A stretch of 64,000 bases of DNA from a virus (IMGVR_UViG_3300042908_000811:1-64000); one strand, 5' to 3'. Counted from the stretch's first letter, positions 40,186-48,762 are shown. Made by a program: numbers and translations. Notes: a model not told the origin generated them from the letters alone.

Positions 40186-41169
40186 ATGTTTGATTATAAT
40201 ATTCTTTCTCCAAATCGTCGTGCGTTCGTTGACACTGCGCTGGAAGTTTTCCCAGATTTGTCTACCACCATCACTTCAAAGCAAATCGACCAGGTTGTAG
40301 CGGCAAAAGGTATCTCATACCCACAATGGTTTATTGTAGAATCTAACAGGGAATCCCGTGGAGTATATCATTTCCCTACCAAAGTAGAAGTTCAAACCAT
40401 TACTGAAACTGATGAGGAAATCTCAATTCGTATTGCTGATACCTATGAATCTATGGAAGCGTTGGTATCTTCTGTGGCATCCAATACTGTAAACTCGTTG
40501 ATTATCGCTGGTGCTGCTGGTATTGGAAAGTCACATACTGTCAATAAGGTATTGACTGACATCAATTATGGATCGGAATATAACTTCACCATCCATAAAG
40601 GATACTTGCGTGCAACTCACTTATTCCGTATGCTTTGGGAAAATCGTCATTCTGGTATGACAATCGTTATTGATGATTGTGATGCTATATTTTCTGACGA
40701 AACTGCCTTAAATATTTTGAAAGCCGCATTGGAATTAAAGCCTGTCCGTAGGATTGGTTGGGGATCAGAAAAGGAATTTCTTGATGAAGACGGTGAAACT
40801 ATTCCGCGATATTTTGATTATGAAGGATCAATTATATTCCTGACAAATCTACCTATCCGCGAATTAATCGCTTCTGGCAATAAGAATGCTCCTCATTTGT
40901 CAGCATTAGAATCCCGTTCGTTAGTATTGGATATGAAGATCAAAACTCGCAGAGAATATTTGATCAAAATCAAACAAACTGTTAACGCTGGTATGTTGCG
41001 CGATAAAGGTTTCTCCAAGGCTGAAGAAACCCAAATCATGGATTATATTGAACAGCACAAGGAATCTTTTACTGAACTTTCATTAAGAATGGTAGAAAAG
41101 GTATCTGCGTTGTTCAAGGCAAATCCTTCTAATTGGGAAAAACTTGTTCGGGCAGTTTGTATGAAATAA
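40186..41169 (+). CDS. AAA/P-loop ATPase
   Basis: Walker A IIAGAAGIGKSHTV, Walker B MTIVIDDCDAIF. Confidence 0.55.
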   Translation: MFDYNILSPNRRAFVDTALEVFPDLSTTITSKQIDQVVAAKGISYPQWFIVESNRESRGVYHFPTKVEVQTITETDEEISIRIADTYESMEALVSSVASNTVNSLIIAGAAGIGKSHTVNKVLTDINYGSEYNFTIHKGYLRATHLFRMLWENRHSGMTIVIDDCDAIFSDETALNILKAALELKPVRRIGWGSEKEFLDEDGETIPRYFDYEGSIIFLTNLPIRELIASGNKNAPHLSALESRSLVLDMKIKTRREYLIKIKQTVNAGMLRDKGFSKAEETQIMDYIEQHKESFTELSLRMVEKVSALFKANPSNWEKLVRAVCMK

Positions 41170-41186
41170 ATACAAATTGTTTCTAT

Positions 41187-41212
41187 GGGGAATCTTTTGA
41201 TTCCCCTTTTTC
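41187..41212 (+). terminator. rho-independent terminator
   Basis: GGGGAATCTTTTGATTCCCCTTTTTC. Confidence 0.6.
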
Positions 41213-41222
41213 TGGAGGTGTC

Positions 41223-41417
41223 ATGTTTGTATCTATTAACAATATCAATTATTTCGTAATCCCCGATAACAAATCTCCAATTGAAATCTTCTATGAAGTC
41301 TTCAATAGAATGTCAGTCCAATCAATCTCTCCAGACCAAAAGCGTTCCATTATAAACCAAATCAGTGAACAATTACAAAATGAACAATTACAGAATAACG
41401 TATACCGATCTGTTTGA
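41223..41417 (+). CDS. small protein about 64 aa
   Basis: ATG after GGAGGTG RBS. Confidence 0.45.
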   Translation: MFVSINNINYFVIPDNKSPIEIFYEVFNRMSVQSISPDQKRSIINQISEQLQNEQLQNNVYRSV

Positions 41418-41682
41418 AGGTACATTCACTTCTAATGTATATGCTTCAACAGAAAGCTCTGCATTAAGTATATTATTCAATGACTTAGGTTTCGTCACAA
41501 TTCATAATATAGAAATGTTATGACAAGGTTATTCGCTGCTGTATTGGTACTAGGTTCTTGTTGGAATCCTCATATCACCATCAATGTGCTGGAGAAAATG
41601 GTATATGGTATCAATGGATTCTACTCCACCATGATACTTGCTGCAGAGGAATCTGCAAGGAAGCAGAGGTAGGAAGTTCAGG

Positions 41683-41748
41683 CTTTACTTCCTACCAGAT
41701 TGAGGTATCCTATCCTTGTAGTCAGAAAAAACCAACTGGAGAATGAAA
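41683..41748 (+). promoter_or_regulatory. promoter/leader cassette copy (preceded by AGGAAGT forming a hairpin with ACTTCCT)
   Basis: GGCTTTACTTCCTACCAGATTGAGGTATCCTATCCTTGTAGTCAGAAAAAACCAACTGGAGAATGAAAATG. Confidence 0.6.
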
Positions 41749-41958
41749 ATGGCGAATATGTCCTACTGCAGATTTCAAAACACTTCTAATGATCTTCTGG
41801 ATTGCGTCAATACAATGCAGGACGAGGAAACTCTTCAGGACCTGGATTTGAGCGAGGAAGAATTGCGAGCAATGGTGCGCATGGTTAAGTTGTGCGGAAG
41901 GTTTGTTGAGGAGTACGAACGCCTGCAAAGTGCAGAAGTGTATGAGGAAGAGGAGTAA
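41749..41958 (+). CDS. small acidic protein about 69 aa
   Basis: ORF track 41743; consensus spacing favours the second ATG. Confidence 0.5.
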   Translation: MANMSYCRFQNTSNDLLDCVNTMQDEETLQDLDLSEEELRAMVRMVKLCGRFVEEYERLQSAEVYEEEE

Positions 41959-41959
41959 C

Positions 41960-42015
41960 CTTTACTTCCTGAACGAATCAGGTATCCTATAGTTGTAGTC
42001 AACAATATCTGGAGA
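41960..42015 (+). promoter_or_regulatory. promoter/leader cassette copy
   Basis: CCTTTACTTCCTGAACGAATCAGGTATCCTATAGTTGTAGTCAACAATATCTGGAGATTGATGATG. Confidence 0.6.
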
Positions 42016-42213
42016 TTGATGATGAACGAAATTCAAGACCTTTTGATTCGACTCTGGCATCGCGAAATCAGCGCAGATGATGTAGCAGATGAACTTTGCT
42101 ACAATGGACCTCAAGTTGATGAGTTCGAAGAAACCTTGCGGAAGGTTTGGAGGCGCGAAATCAGCGCCGACGATGGTTACGATGCCCTGCTTGAAGTCGA
42201 ACCAAACCTTTAG
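42016..42213 (+). CDS. small protein with internal duplication (WHREISADD / WRREISADD)
   Basis: ORF track. Confidence 0.5.
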   Translation: MMMNEIQDLLIRLWHREISADDVADELCYNGPQVDEFEETLRKVWRREISADDGYDALLEVEPNL

Positions 42214-42214
42214 A

Positions 42215-42276
42215 CTTTACTTCCTGTCTGATTGTAGTATCCTATCCTTGTAGTCAACAATATCTGGAGAACAACC
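42215..42276 (+). promoter_or_regulatory. promoter/leader cassette copy
   Basis: GACTTTACTTCCTGTCTGATTGTAGTATCCTATCCTTGTAGTCAACAATATCTGGAGAACAACCATG. Confidence 0.6.
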
Positions 42277-42516
42277 ATGAGCATTTCACTTTTCAAAACC
42301 CGCGAATTCACCAACAAACTTCTTGAAGCAGTTGATGAGGGGTACATTGATCCGCGTGATGCGCTTACTGCTGCCCTATCGTATATGTCAGAAGCAGAAG
42401 TCAAGGATATGTGCGCTGTCAATGAATTCTTTGCTTATGAGGAAGACGAGGAGGAAGAGGATGAAAGCGATCCCCTGGACGATTTCAACTATGTAGGATC
42501 CCGGCATCATTATTGA
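42277..42516 (+). CDS. small acidic protein (C-terminal EEDEEEEDESD)
   Basis: ORF track. Confidence 0.5.
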   Translation: MSISLFKTREFTNKLLEAVDEGYIDPRDALTAALSYMSEAEVKDMCAVNEFFAYEEDEEEEDESDPLDDFNYVGSRHHY

Positions 42517-42530
42517 TAGGAAGTCAGAGA

Positions 42531-42589
42531 CTTTACTTCCTGTCTGATTGTAGTATCCTATCCTTGTAGTCAATAACTGGAGAACGAAA
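42531..42589 (+). promoter_or_regulatory. promoter/leader cassette copy (AGGAAGT...ACTTCCT hairpin upstream)
   Basis: GACTTTACTTCCTGTCTGATTGTAGTATCCTATCCTTGTAGTCAATAACTGGAGAACGAAAATG. Confidence 0.6.
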
Positions 42590-42790
42590 ATGGACAAGGT
42601 TGAGCTTCGCAATCAATTGACGGCTGATATTGAACAGTTTCTTGCTAATGGAGGAGTAGTTGTAACTCAAACAGCACAGAAAGTAAAGGTGCGTCATCCT
42701 GTTACTGGACATCAAAAACTATTCTTTGGTCCAAAAGCGCCGCATAGATACCCTGCCTCTTCTTGGTCTTTTATTGATATGAAGAAATAA
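42590..42790 (+). CDS. small protein 66 aa; paralog of 49560-49820 (EQFLAxGG motif)
   Basis: LTADIEQFLANGGVVVTQTAQKVKV vs LSQSLEQFLAAGGTITTLPTKKVRT. Confidence 0.5.
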   Translation: MDKVELRNQLTADIEQFLANGGVVVTQTAQKVKVRHPVTGHQKLFFGPKAPHRYPASSWSFIDMKK

Positions 42791-42791
42791 T

Positions 42792-43118
42792 ATGAAAACC
42801 TTATTTGAACGCAAAGAAAATTGTCTGTTACTGATTGCTTATGCTTCATTAAAGAATTGGGAGGAATCAACTGATAAGGAGAATTTGTCTGCAGAGAAAG
42901 CCAGGATTGAACGTGTTATTGCCGATATCTTTACAAAGAACAAACTTGATGTAGATTATAATCAATTCGTTCTAGAGTTTGTAAAGGAACATGGTCGCGA
43001 GATTGTATATGGGAACGAATATACATATGACGTTTCTATCCCAGACGAATATACAGAATTGGATGTTAATGTGATGATTGACAAATATATTCGCAAGCAG
43101 AATGGCTCAAAGTATTGA
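42792..43118 (+). CDS. hypothetical protein 108 aa
   Basis: ORF track. Confidence 0.5.
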   Translation: MKTLFERKENCLLLIAYASLKNWEESTDKENLSAEKARIERVIADIFTKNKLDVDYNQFVLEFVKEHGREIVYGNEYTYDVSIPDEYTELDVNVMIDKYIRKQNGSKY

Positions 43119-43332
43119 TAGGAAGATAAATAATGGATGCGATATATTCTATTCTTATTCTTATCTGGATGCTCCTTCCATGAATGTTCCCTGAATCCAG
43201 GATTGAATTCTTTATTGGCAAACCCAGCAAAGAAGGTAACAAGCGTTGATGTTGGAGAGGTGGTATCTGATCCGTTGCATAATGTGTCAGCAGTTTTAAA
43301 GTGTCCACTGTAGGAAGTCAATAACAAAACCA

Positions 43333-43394
43333 CTTTACTTCCTATCCGATTGCGGTATCCTATCCTTGTAGTCAGACAAAACTGGAGAAAAACG
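43333..43394 (+). promoter_or_regulatory. promoter/leader cassette copy
   Basis: CACTTTACTTCCTATCCGATTGCGGTATCCTATCCTTGTAGTCAGACAAAACTGGAGAAAAACGATG. Confidence 0.6.
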
Positions 43395-43709
43395 ATGACC
43401 GAATATAGCATTGGCGCTGCCACACGTGCGAACGATCCTTGCGCTTATAACGTCCAGGGTGTTACCATCACCGCTGAGGAACGCGAAGCATTGCTGGATG
43501 CTTACGTTGCCCAACAACTCGAGATCCAACGCAAGTGGGGTAATCGGGAGACTGCTGAGGAAATCCGCGCTAACCTTGAGTTCCCACACGGCAACCCTGC
43601 CAAACCGAAGTGGGATGACGAAACTCTTCTCCGCGAAATGGTTCAGTACGGACTCGAAGTCCTGTTGAAGTTTATGGACGAAAGGGGAACTCCTTTACTT
43701 CCTGCTTGA
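43395..43709 (+). CDS. hypothetical protein 104 aa, GC-rich
   Basis: ATG at consensus spacing after GGAGAA; within track ORF 43350-43709. Confidence 0.5.
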   Translation: MTEYSIGAATRANDPCAYNVQGVTITAEEREALLDAYVAQQLEIQRKWGNRETAEEIRANLEFPHGNPAKPKWDDETLLREMVQYGLEVLLKFMDERGTPLLPA

Positions 43710-43754
43710 ATGTAGTATCCTAGAGTTGTAGTCAGACAAAACTGGAGAACTGAA
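43693..43754 (+). promoter_or_regulatory. promoter/leader cassette copy
   Basis: CCTTTACTTCCTGCTTGAATGTAGTATCCTAGAGTTGTAGTCAGACAAAACTGGAGAACTGAAATG. Confidence 0.6.
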
Positions 43755-44483
43755 ATGACAAAGAAACCTTCTGGATACATCATCTATCGCGGTCCTTCTC
43801 TTCTGGATGGCAAACCGATCGTTGTTGTAGCAATCACCAAGGAATCCAAGAACTCCAAGACTGGCAACATGATCCAGACCTACATCCTGGTTGACAACGG
43901 TGAAATGCCGGTTGCCAACTACCAGTCCCTTGCAGACGAATCTATCTGCGGTGAATGTAAGCATCGTCGTGGTAAGGGTGGTGCTTGCTACGTGAATGTT
44001 GGTCAGGGTCCAACGATTGTCACCAAAGGCATTGCTCGCGGAATCTATCCTTATGATCCTTCCGCTGCTGCCCGTGCTTGCGATAATCGCGCTGTTCGTC
44101 TTGGTACTTATGGCGATCCTGCTGCTGTTCCTGGGTATGTATGGGCAACTCTTCTATATGGTTCTAAATCCCACACGGGATATACCCATCAATGGAAGTC
44201 TGGCAAAGCCAACCACGTTCAGGAATGGTGTATGGCATCTGCTGACTCTGAGCAGGAACGTGCTGAAGCCAAGGCATTAGGCTGGCGCACCTTCCGCGTC
44301 CGTACTACTGAGGAAGACATTCTGAAGGGTGAATTCGTCTGCCCTGCTTCTGATGAGGGCAAGAAACGTATGCTTTGCGTTGATTGTACTGCTTGCTCTG
44401 GTGGGTTTAATGCTCGCAAAGGAGACCCTTGCATAATCGTGCACGGCACCCTCAAACGTCGTTTTCGCCTCGCGATTGCTTGA
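43755..44483 (+). CDS. Cys-rich hypothetical protein 242 aa with clearly higher GC and E. coli-like codon usage
   Basis: ORF track; ICGECKHRRGKGGACY and CVDCTACSGG cysteine clusters. Confidence 0.55.
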   Translation: MTKKPSGYIIYRGPSLLDGKPIVVVAITKESKNSKTGNMIQTYILVDNGEMPVANYQSLADESICGECKHRRGKGGACYVNVGQGPTIVTKGIARGIYPYDPSAAARACDNRAVRLGTYGDPAAVPGYVWATLLYGSKSHTGYTHQWKSGKANHVQEWCMASADSEQERAEAKALGWRTFRVRTTEEDILKGEFVCPASDEGKKRMLCVDCTACSGGFNARKGDPCIIVHGTLKRRFRLAIA

Positions 44484-44556
44484 TAAAATGTTGTAGGAGG
44501 TTAACTAAATCTAAATTGACTAAGTTTGTTTGATTCTTTTTTAATTAACATTTGAG

Positions 44557-44760
44557 GTGTATATGACTTATTCTGTAGTTCTTGATTCTTCTAATTCTTA
44601 CCTTGTTCCTTCTGATAATGGTATGTCTTTCACCAATGCTTGTATGGAAGTCATTAATTATACAATTGAGGCTGGTTACGATATTCAGCAAGAATTGTTT
44701 GAGACTTTGCTAAGCGAAGGTGAAGATTCAAGAGACACGTTTGGTCTGATTAAAGCATAA
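44557..44760 (+). CDS. small protein 67 aa (AT-rich; own TTGACT-type promoter at about 44500)
   Basis: ORF track. Confidence 0.45.
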   Translation: MYMTYSVVLDSSNSYLVPSDNGMSFTNACMEVINYTIEAGYDIQQELFETLLSEGEDSRDTFGLIKA

Positions 44761-44804
44761 TAATCTCCCGAATACATATTTCTATTTCTATCCAAGGAAA
44801 TAAT

Positions 44805-44999
44805 ATGTATTCAATCAAAGTCAACAATATGTTTGTGTCAAGGTATCTTTCTGCTTCTCAAAAGGTACAATTGACAACTGTAATGGATTACATCAAAATG
44901 TTCAAAACAGAGCAAGAGGCAATACAATTCAAGGATGAATTTTGTATACCAAAATACGGCATTGAGGTGGGAAGTGCAGAAGTTGTTACTGCTCCATAG
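44805..44999 (+). CDS. small protein 64 aa
   Basis: ORF track. Confidence 0.45.
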   Translation: MYSIKVNNMFVSRYLSASQKVQLTTVMDYIKMFKTEQEAIQFKDEFCIPKYGIEVGSAEVVTAP

Positions 45000-45002
45000 C
45001 AG

Positions 45003-45060
45003 CTTTACTTCCTACCCAATTGCGGTATCCTATTCTTGTAGTCGCTAATTGAGAACAAAG
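45003..45060 (+). promoter_or_regulatory. promoter/leader cassette copy
   Basis: GCTTTACTTCCTACCCAATTGCGGTATCCTATTCTTGTAGTCGCTAATTGAGAACAAAGATG. Confidence 0.55.
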
Positions 45061-45198
45061 ATGACAAAACAAGATCTCATTGATGAACTGTACCTTCAGC
45101 GTGATTGCGCCGTTTCCATTGAGGAATGGCAACATCTTACCTTACAGATCATGCGACTGGAACAGGAAGTTGAACTGGAAAACAGCTTTACTTCCTAA
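45061..45198 (+). CDS. small protein 45 aa
   Basis: manual ORF below track cut-off. Confidence 0.4.
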   Translation: MTKQDLIDELYLQRDCAVSIEEWQHLTLQIMRLEQEVELENSFTS

Positions 45199-45247
45199 CT
45201 GATTGTAGTATCCTATAGTTGTAGTCAATTTTAACTGGAGAATGAAA
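45186..45247 (+). promoter_or_regulatory. promoter/leader cassette copy (hairpin AGGAAGT..ACTTCCT)
   Basis: GCTTTACTTCCTAACTGATTGTAGTATCCTATAGTTGTAGTCAATTTTAACTGGAGAATGAAAATG. Confidence 0.6.
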
Positions 45248-45562
45248 ATGGGTTATCGTTCTGAAATCGTTATCGCCATCGATCCTACTGTATATAACGA
45301 ATGCCCTCCTGATGTAAAGGAAGCATTCGCGGAAATCTGGAGTGAACCTAGTCTTAATGAAGCAGAAAGGATTGTTTTTCATCACGATTGCATCAAATGG
45401 TATGATGTTTACCCTGTCGTTGCCACTATTGATAATTGGTTAAACTCGCTGGATGAAACTGAATATGGTTTGGTTGAATTGGGTGAAGACCTTGGTGATG
45501 TGAGAATGGAAGGTGAATATTGGACTTATGGGCTTGATTTCGTACGCAAGATTGACTTTTGA
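45248..45562 (+). CDS. hypothetical protein about 104 aa
   Basis: track ORF 45242; second ATG matches cassette spacing. Confidence 0.5.
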   Translation: MGYRSEIVIAIDPTVYNECPPDVKEAFAEIWSEPSLNEAERIVFHHDCIKWYDVYPVVATIDNWLNSLDETEYGLVELGEDLGDVRMEGEYWTYGLDFVRKIDF

Positions 45563-45570
45563 GGTATAAC

Positions 45571-45726
45571 ATGGGCAATTATCCAGACGTTGACGAACCA
45601 AACGAAGATTATGAAGATGAACCATATGATTATGATGACTCCATGGATGGGGAATTTGATTCAGCAATGACCTCAGTGGGGTGGGGTGAGGATGAATCAT
45701 ATAATCATTGGGCAGAGGAATTTTAA
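45571..45726 (+). CDS. very acidic 51-aa protein (MGNYPDVDEPNEDYEDEPYDYDD...)
   Basis: manual ORF; Asp/Glu/Tyr rich. Confidence 0.4.
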   Translation: MGNYPDVDEPNEDYEDEPYDYDDSMDGEFDSAMTSVGWGEDESYNHWAEEF

Positions 45727-45743
45727 GCACTGAGTTCTCCATG

Positions 45744-45798
45744 GGCAGGGTGTTCCACTCCAGGGAAACGACTACACCACCCTGCCCACTTTACTTCC
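45744..45798 (+). terminator. GC-rich hairpin (GGGCAGGGTG / CACCCTGCCC) running into the CTTTACTT -35 of the next cassette
   Basis: 10-bp inverted repeat followed by a T-rich tract. Confidence 0.5.
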
Positions 45799-45849
45799 TG
45801 CTTGAATGTAGTATCCTATAGTTGTAGTCAAAACCAACAGGAGATCATC
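45789..45849 (+). promoter_or_regulatory. promoter/leader cassette copy
   Basis: CACTTTACTTCCTGCTTGAATGTAGTATCCTATAGTTGTAGTCAAAACCAACAGGAGATCATCATG. Confidence 0.6.
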
Positions 45850-46062
45850 ATGAAACTGTTCAAAGTCAATGCCAACTCAGAGTATACCTTCGTCAAAGAA
45901 GTGTTTTCCTTTGTGGGAGCAACCAATGCGGTATATGCTGATGACTTCAAAGGCTTCTGGCTCCTGGAAGCTGGAGACAAGAAATTTGTCTTCACCGCAG
46001 CAGTAGAGGATGAGTGGTTGGAAGTTCATCGGGACACTTTACTTCCGCGTCCATTCAGGTAG
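45850..46062 (+). CDS. small protein 70 aa
   Basis: within track ORF 45802-46062. Confidence 0.5.
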   Translation: MKLFKVNANSEYTFVKEVFSFVGATNAVYADDFKGFWLLEAGDKKFVFTAAVEDEWLEVHRDTLLPRPFR

Positions 46063-46098
46063 AATAAACCTATCAAAGCAACTAACAGGAGAACAAAA
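46037..46098 (+). promoter_or_regulatory. degenerate cassette copy inside the 3' end of the previous ORF
   Basis: CACTTTACTTCCGCGTCCATTCAGGTAGAATAAACCTATCAAAGCAACTAACAGGAGAACAAAAATG. Confidence 0.45.
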
Positions 46099-46311
46099 AT
46101 GACCTCGATGTCTTATTGCATGATGGAGAACTCTTCTCTCGAAATGGCGCAGGTTGTAAACTACATGATCGAAGCAGACTCCTGGGAGGATATGGATTTC
46201 AATCAGTACGAAGAATCAGCAAAGTCTCATCTGTATGATCTGTGTAAGAAGTTTATCAAGCACTATGATCGCTTGGAAGAAAACGTCGAAGAGTTTGAAT
46301 TGGAGACTTGA
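46099..46311 (+). CDS. small acidic protein 70 aa
   Basis: ORF track. Confidence 0.5.
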   Translation: MTSMSYCMMENSSLEMAQVVNYMIEADSWEDMDFNQYEESAKSHLYDLCKKFIKHYDRLEENVEEFELET

Positions 46312-46370
46312 CTTCCGTCCTCGTCCAGGTATAATAACTCTGTAGTCAACAAACAACTGGAGAAACGAAC
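46307..46370 (+). promoter_or_regulatory. cassette copy with full consensus TTGACT-16-TATAAT
   Basis: CTTGACTTCCGTCCTCGTCCAGGTATAATAACTCTGTAGTCAACAAACAACTGGAGAAACGAACATG. Confidence 0.65.
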
Positions 46371-46823
46371 ATGATGCAAGCAGGAACTTATTACATCGGC
46401 GATCTAGCATACGTGATGCACCCTGAGTGGGAAGAATTCTGTTCAATCACTATCGACGGACATGATTGCCTGGATGGAGAATTCAATCTCTCTGATGGTC
46501 GCCGATTCGCTACCTACGGAACTGCATACGGTGACGGATCTTATCAATCCAGCACCAATGATACGCTATACGTTGACGCTGGACTAATCGGTTGCATTCG
46601 CATCGAGGATATCAGCGAAGATCTTACCGAAGACCAGATCCGTGATCTTGGTATGATCCACAATTTTGAGAAGGCATTCCACACCTCTGGCGGTCGCGGA
46701 GAAGCAAACTGGGATGGCGTGATCAAGTTTGGCGAAGTATCTGTAGAGACCGATCCCTATGTGGAAGAAGAGGAAGACGAATATGATTACGAAGAAGATT
46801 ATGACTATGATGGTCCAGCATAA
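46371..46823 (+). CDS. hypothetical 150 aa with extremely acidic C-terminal tail (YVEEEEDEYDYEEDYDYDGPA)
   Basis: ORF track. Confidence 0.5.
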   Translation: MMQAGTYYIGDLAYVMHPEWEEFCSITIDGHDCLDGEFNLSDGRRFATYGTAYGDGSYQSSTNDTLYVDAGLIGCIRIEDISEDLTEDQIRDLGMIHNFEKAFHTSGGRGEANWDGVIKFGEVSVETDPYVEEEEDEYDYEEDYDYDGPA

Positions 46824-46900
46824 CTGAGTTCACGGCAACGGCGAATGCTCTCCAGGCAGAGGACTCGTTCCTCGTTCGACTACACCCTTCGCCGTTGCCA

Positions 46901-46953
46901 CTTTACTTCCTGCTTGAATGTAGTATCCTATAGTTGTCAATTGGAGAACAACA
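46901..46953 (+). promoter_or_regulatory. cassette copy, preceded by 12-bp-stem inverted repeat GGCAACGGCGAA/TTCGCCGTTGCC
   Basis: CACTTTACTTCCTGCTTGAATGTAGTATCCTATAGTTGTCAATTGGAGAACAACAATG. Confidence 0.55.
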
Positions 46954-47088
46954 ATGGGTTACATCTTCTGCCTTGCTCTTATCTTCACTCTGAATCATCT
47001 TATCGTTGGTTCTGGGAAACGCTCCCCTCGCATCCCGAGGATTGTCAAATCTGGTCGGAAGTCTCATCACGGACTTCCGATTCTTTAG
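46954..47088 (+). CDS. 44-aa membrane/basic peptide (MGYIFCLALIFTLNHLIVGSGKRSPRIPR...)
   Basis: manual ORF below track cut-off. Confidence 0.4.
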   Translation: MGYIFCLALIFTLNHLIVGSGKRSPRIPRIVKSGRKSHHGLPIL

Positions 47089-47090
47089 GA

Positions 47091-47152
47091 CTTTACTTCC
47101 TCCCCCGCTGTAGTATCCTATACCTGTAGTCAACAATAACTGGAGAACAACA
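47091..47152 (+). promoter_or_regulatory. promoter/leader cassette copy
   Basis: GACTTTACTTCCTCCCCCGCTGTAGTATCCTATACCTGTAGTCAACAATAACTGGAGAACAACAATG. Confidence 0.6.
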
Positions 47153-47335
47153 ATGTATCCAACCCACAGAACTATATTCGGTCCATTCGTTTCTGACCTG
47201 AAGAAATACAACATCCCATACGTCTTGGTTGGGAAGAATGCTCATGGTCAAGGAATGTACGAAGTTCCGATTGATGTCATAGATATACTGAAAGACAAAT
47301 GCCCTCTCTATGTTGTAGGGAAAGGTTGGGTTTGA
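47153..47335 (+). CDS. small protein 60 aa
   Basis: ORF track. Confidence 0.5.
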   Translation: MYPTHRTIFGPFVSDLKKYNIPYVLVGKNAHGQGMYEVPIDVIDILKDKCPLYVVGKGWV

Positions 47336-47354
47336 CTTAACAGGATAAAAAACC

Positions 47355-47615
47355 ATGACCATAATTGATGACCTGATCAGTGTCACTACCTCCAACCAAG
47401 ATGGTTGGGCTTTGGCCGATGCCTACGAATACGAGAGGTCAGGACACGTAAACTCAGACCTGCAGCCATACCTTGATTGGTGGTATGGAGACAGGGACGA
47501 CCTTCCCACACCGAGCTTGGGTTCTTTGAAATACTTTGAAGAACTAACAAAGTCCGCGGAAGGCACTAAAACGAACGCTCTTTCAACAGGAGAACATCAT
47601 GAAAAAAGTATATGA
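47355..47615 (+). CDS. small protein 86 aa
   Basis: ORF track. Confidence 0.45.
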   Translation: MTIIDDLISVTTSNQDGWALADAYEYERSGHVNSDLQPYLDWWYGDRDDLPTPSLGSLKYFEELTKSAEGTKTNALSTGEHHEKSI

Positions 47616-47853
47616 TTTCTATGCTGATCCGGGACACGGTTGGCTCAAGGTTAAGTTAAGCGAATTAGTTAAACTCAATATCCTACATGAAATCAGCCAA
47701 TATTCATATATCAGAAAAGATGATGTATATCTGGAAGAGGATTGTGATTTAAGTGTTTTCATGAAAGCAAAAGGTATTGATATTAAATTTAGAGAACATC
47801 ATTCTAATAAAAGTTCTAAAATAAGAAATTATAATCGTCTGATGTTTGTATAA
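47599..47853 (+). CDS. small protein 84 aa (AT-rich)
   Basis: ORF track. Confidence 0.45.
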   Translation: MKKVYDFYADPGHGWLKVKLSELVKLNILHEISQYSYIRKDDVYLEEDCDLSVFMKAKGIDIKFREHHSNKSSKIRNYNRLMFV

Positions 47854-47944
47854 AAATTGTCTCGAAGTGCTTGACAAGGAGCAAAGATGCCCCTATGTGG
47901 TGGTACAGGATATTTCGGTCATCAAGCGCAGATCAATATCATTC

Positions 47945-48011
47945 TTTGACTTTACTTCCTTCCAATATATAGTATCCTATACCTGTAGTCAACAATAACT
48001 GGAGAAACGAA
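47945..48011 (+). promoter_or_regulatory. cassette copy (TTTGACTTTACTTCC: both -35 variants fused)
   Basis: CTTTGACTTTACTTCCTTCCAATATATAGTATCCTATACCTGTAGTCAACAATAACTGGAGAAACGAAATG. Confidence 0.6.
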
Positions 48012-48203
48012 ATGTCTTGGATCCTAGCCGTTGTATTCCTGAATGGTGAAGTTCTTGCAAATGACTTCAAAACCGAAGCAGAATGCACTCGCGAAATGCG
48101 ACTGACCATCCGTGCAATGGAAGCAGAAGGTGAGAAGTTCACTGAAGTAACCTGCACTCCTGGTATCGTTATCAGCGCGATTGATGATGAAGAAGAAGAA
48201 TGA
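48012..48203 (+). CDS. small protein 63 aa, hydrophobic N-terminus and acidic tail
   Basis: ORF track. Confidence 0.5.
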   Translation: MSWILAVVFLNGEVLANDFKTEAECTREMRLTIRAMEAEGEKFTEVTCTPGIVISAIDDEEEE

Positions 48204-48278
48204 TCTACCCTGCCGAAGCATAATGGATGTTCTGGAGATTGTCAACAAGGAAGAAAGGAATGCGACTGCTGATAGAGG

Positions 48279-48337
48279 CTTTACTTCCTATCAGATTGTA
48301 GTATCCTATAGTTGTAGTCACTAACTGGAGAAACGAA
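48279..48337 (+). promoter_or_regulatory. promoter/leader cassette copy
   Basis: GCTTTACTTCCTATCAGATTGTAGTATCCTATAGTTGTAGTCACTAACTGGAGAAACGAAATG. Confidence 0.6.
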
Positions 48338-48553
48338 ATGAACGTATACGAAATGCTTGATACTCTCTCTGGTCTCGCTTTGGAAAAGTCCAAACAAAGA
48401 ATGGGTGAACACAATTATGCATATGCCTTTGGAATGGTTGTTGCTGAACTCCAGACAGACCTTGACGAAATGGGGCTGACCAAGAAACAAATGAAAGTCC
48501 TTCATGATCGTATCGCCAAACTCCAATTACATGTAAACCAGGGGAGCAAATGA
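48338..48553 (+). CDS. small protein 71 aa
   Basis: ORF track. Confidence 0.5.
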   Translation: MNVYEMLDTLSGLALEKSKQRMGEHNYAYAFGMVVAELQTDLDEMGLTKKQMKVLHDRIAKLQLHVNQGSK

Positions 48554-48762
48554 TGGCATATTACAGCAATGATTTCTATACTAAAACCAATCCAAACTTT
48601 CAGGAGTTCATTACACAATTAGAGAATTTGTCGCGCAAGTTTGGTGTGGTAGTATACGGACACTTTGATCTTACAGACAACCCTGATGAGTTCAAGAATG
48701 TCGTGTATGACAGAGACATTAGTTCTAGCGATATCTGCGCAAGAGGTTACTGGAGCGAATAA
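48550..48762 (+). CDS. small protein 70 aa
   Basis: ORF track; ATGA overlap. Confidence 0.5.
   Translation: MMAYYSNDFYTKTNPNFQEFITQLENLSRKFGVVVYGHFDLTDNPDEFKNVVYDRDISSSDICARGYWSE

Noticed and set aside
43693-46953. T4 MotA-box (TGCTTtA) middle-promoter interpretation of the cassettes
   Set aside because: TGCTTGA occurs in only 3 of about 22 copies (43693, 45789, 46901); the variable segment is not conserved, and a TTTACT/TTGACT -35 explains all copies.
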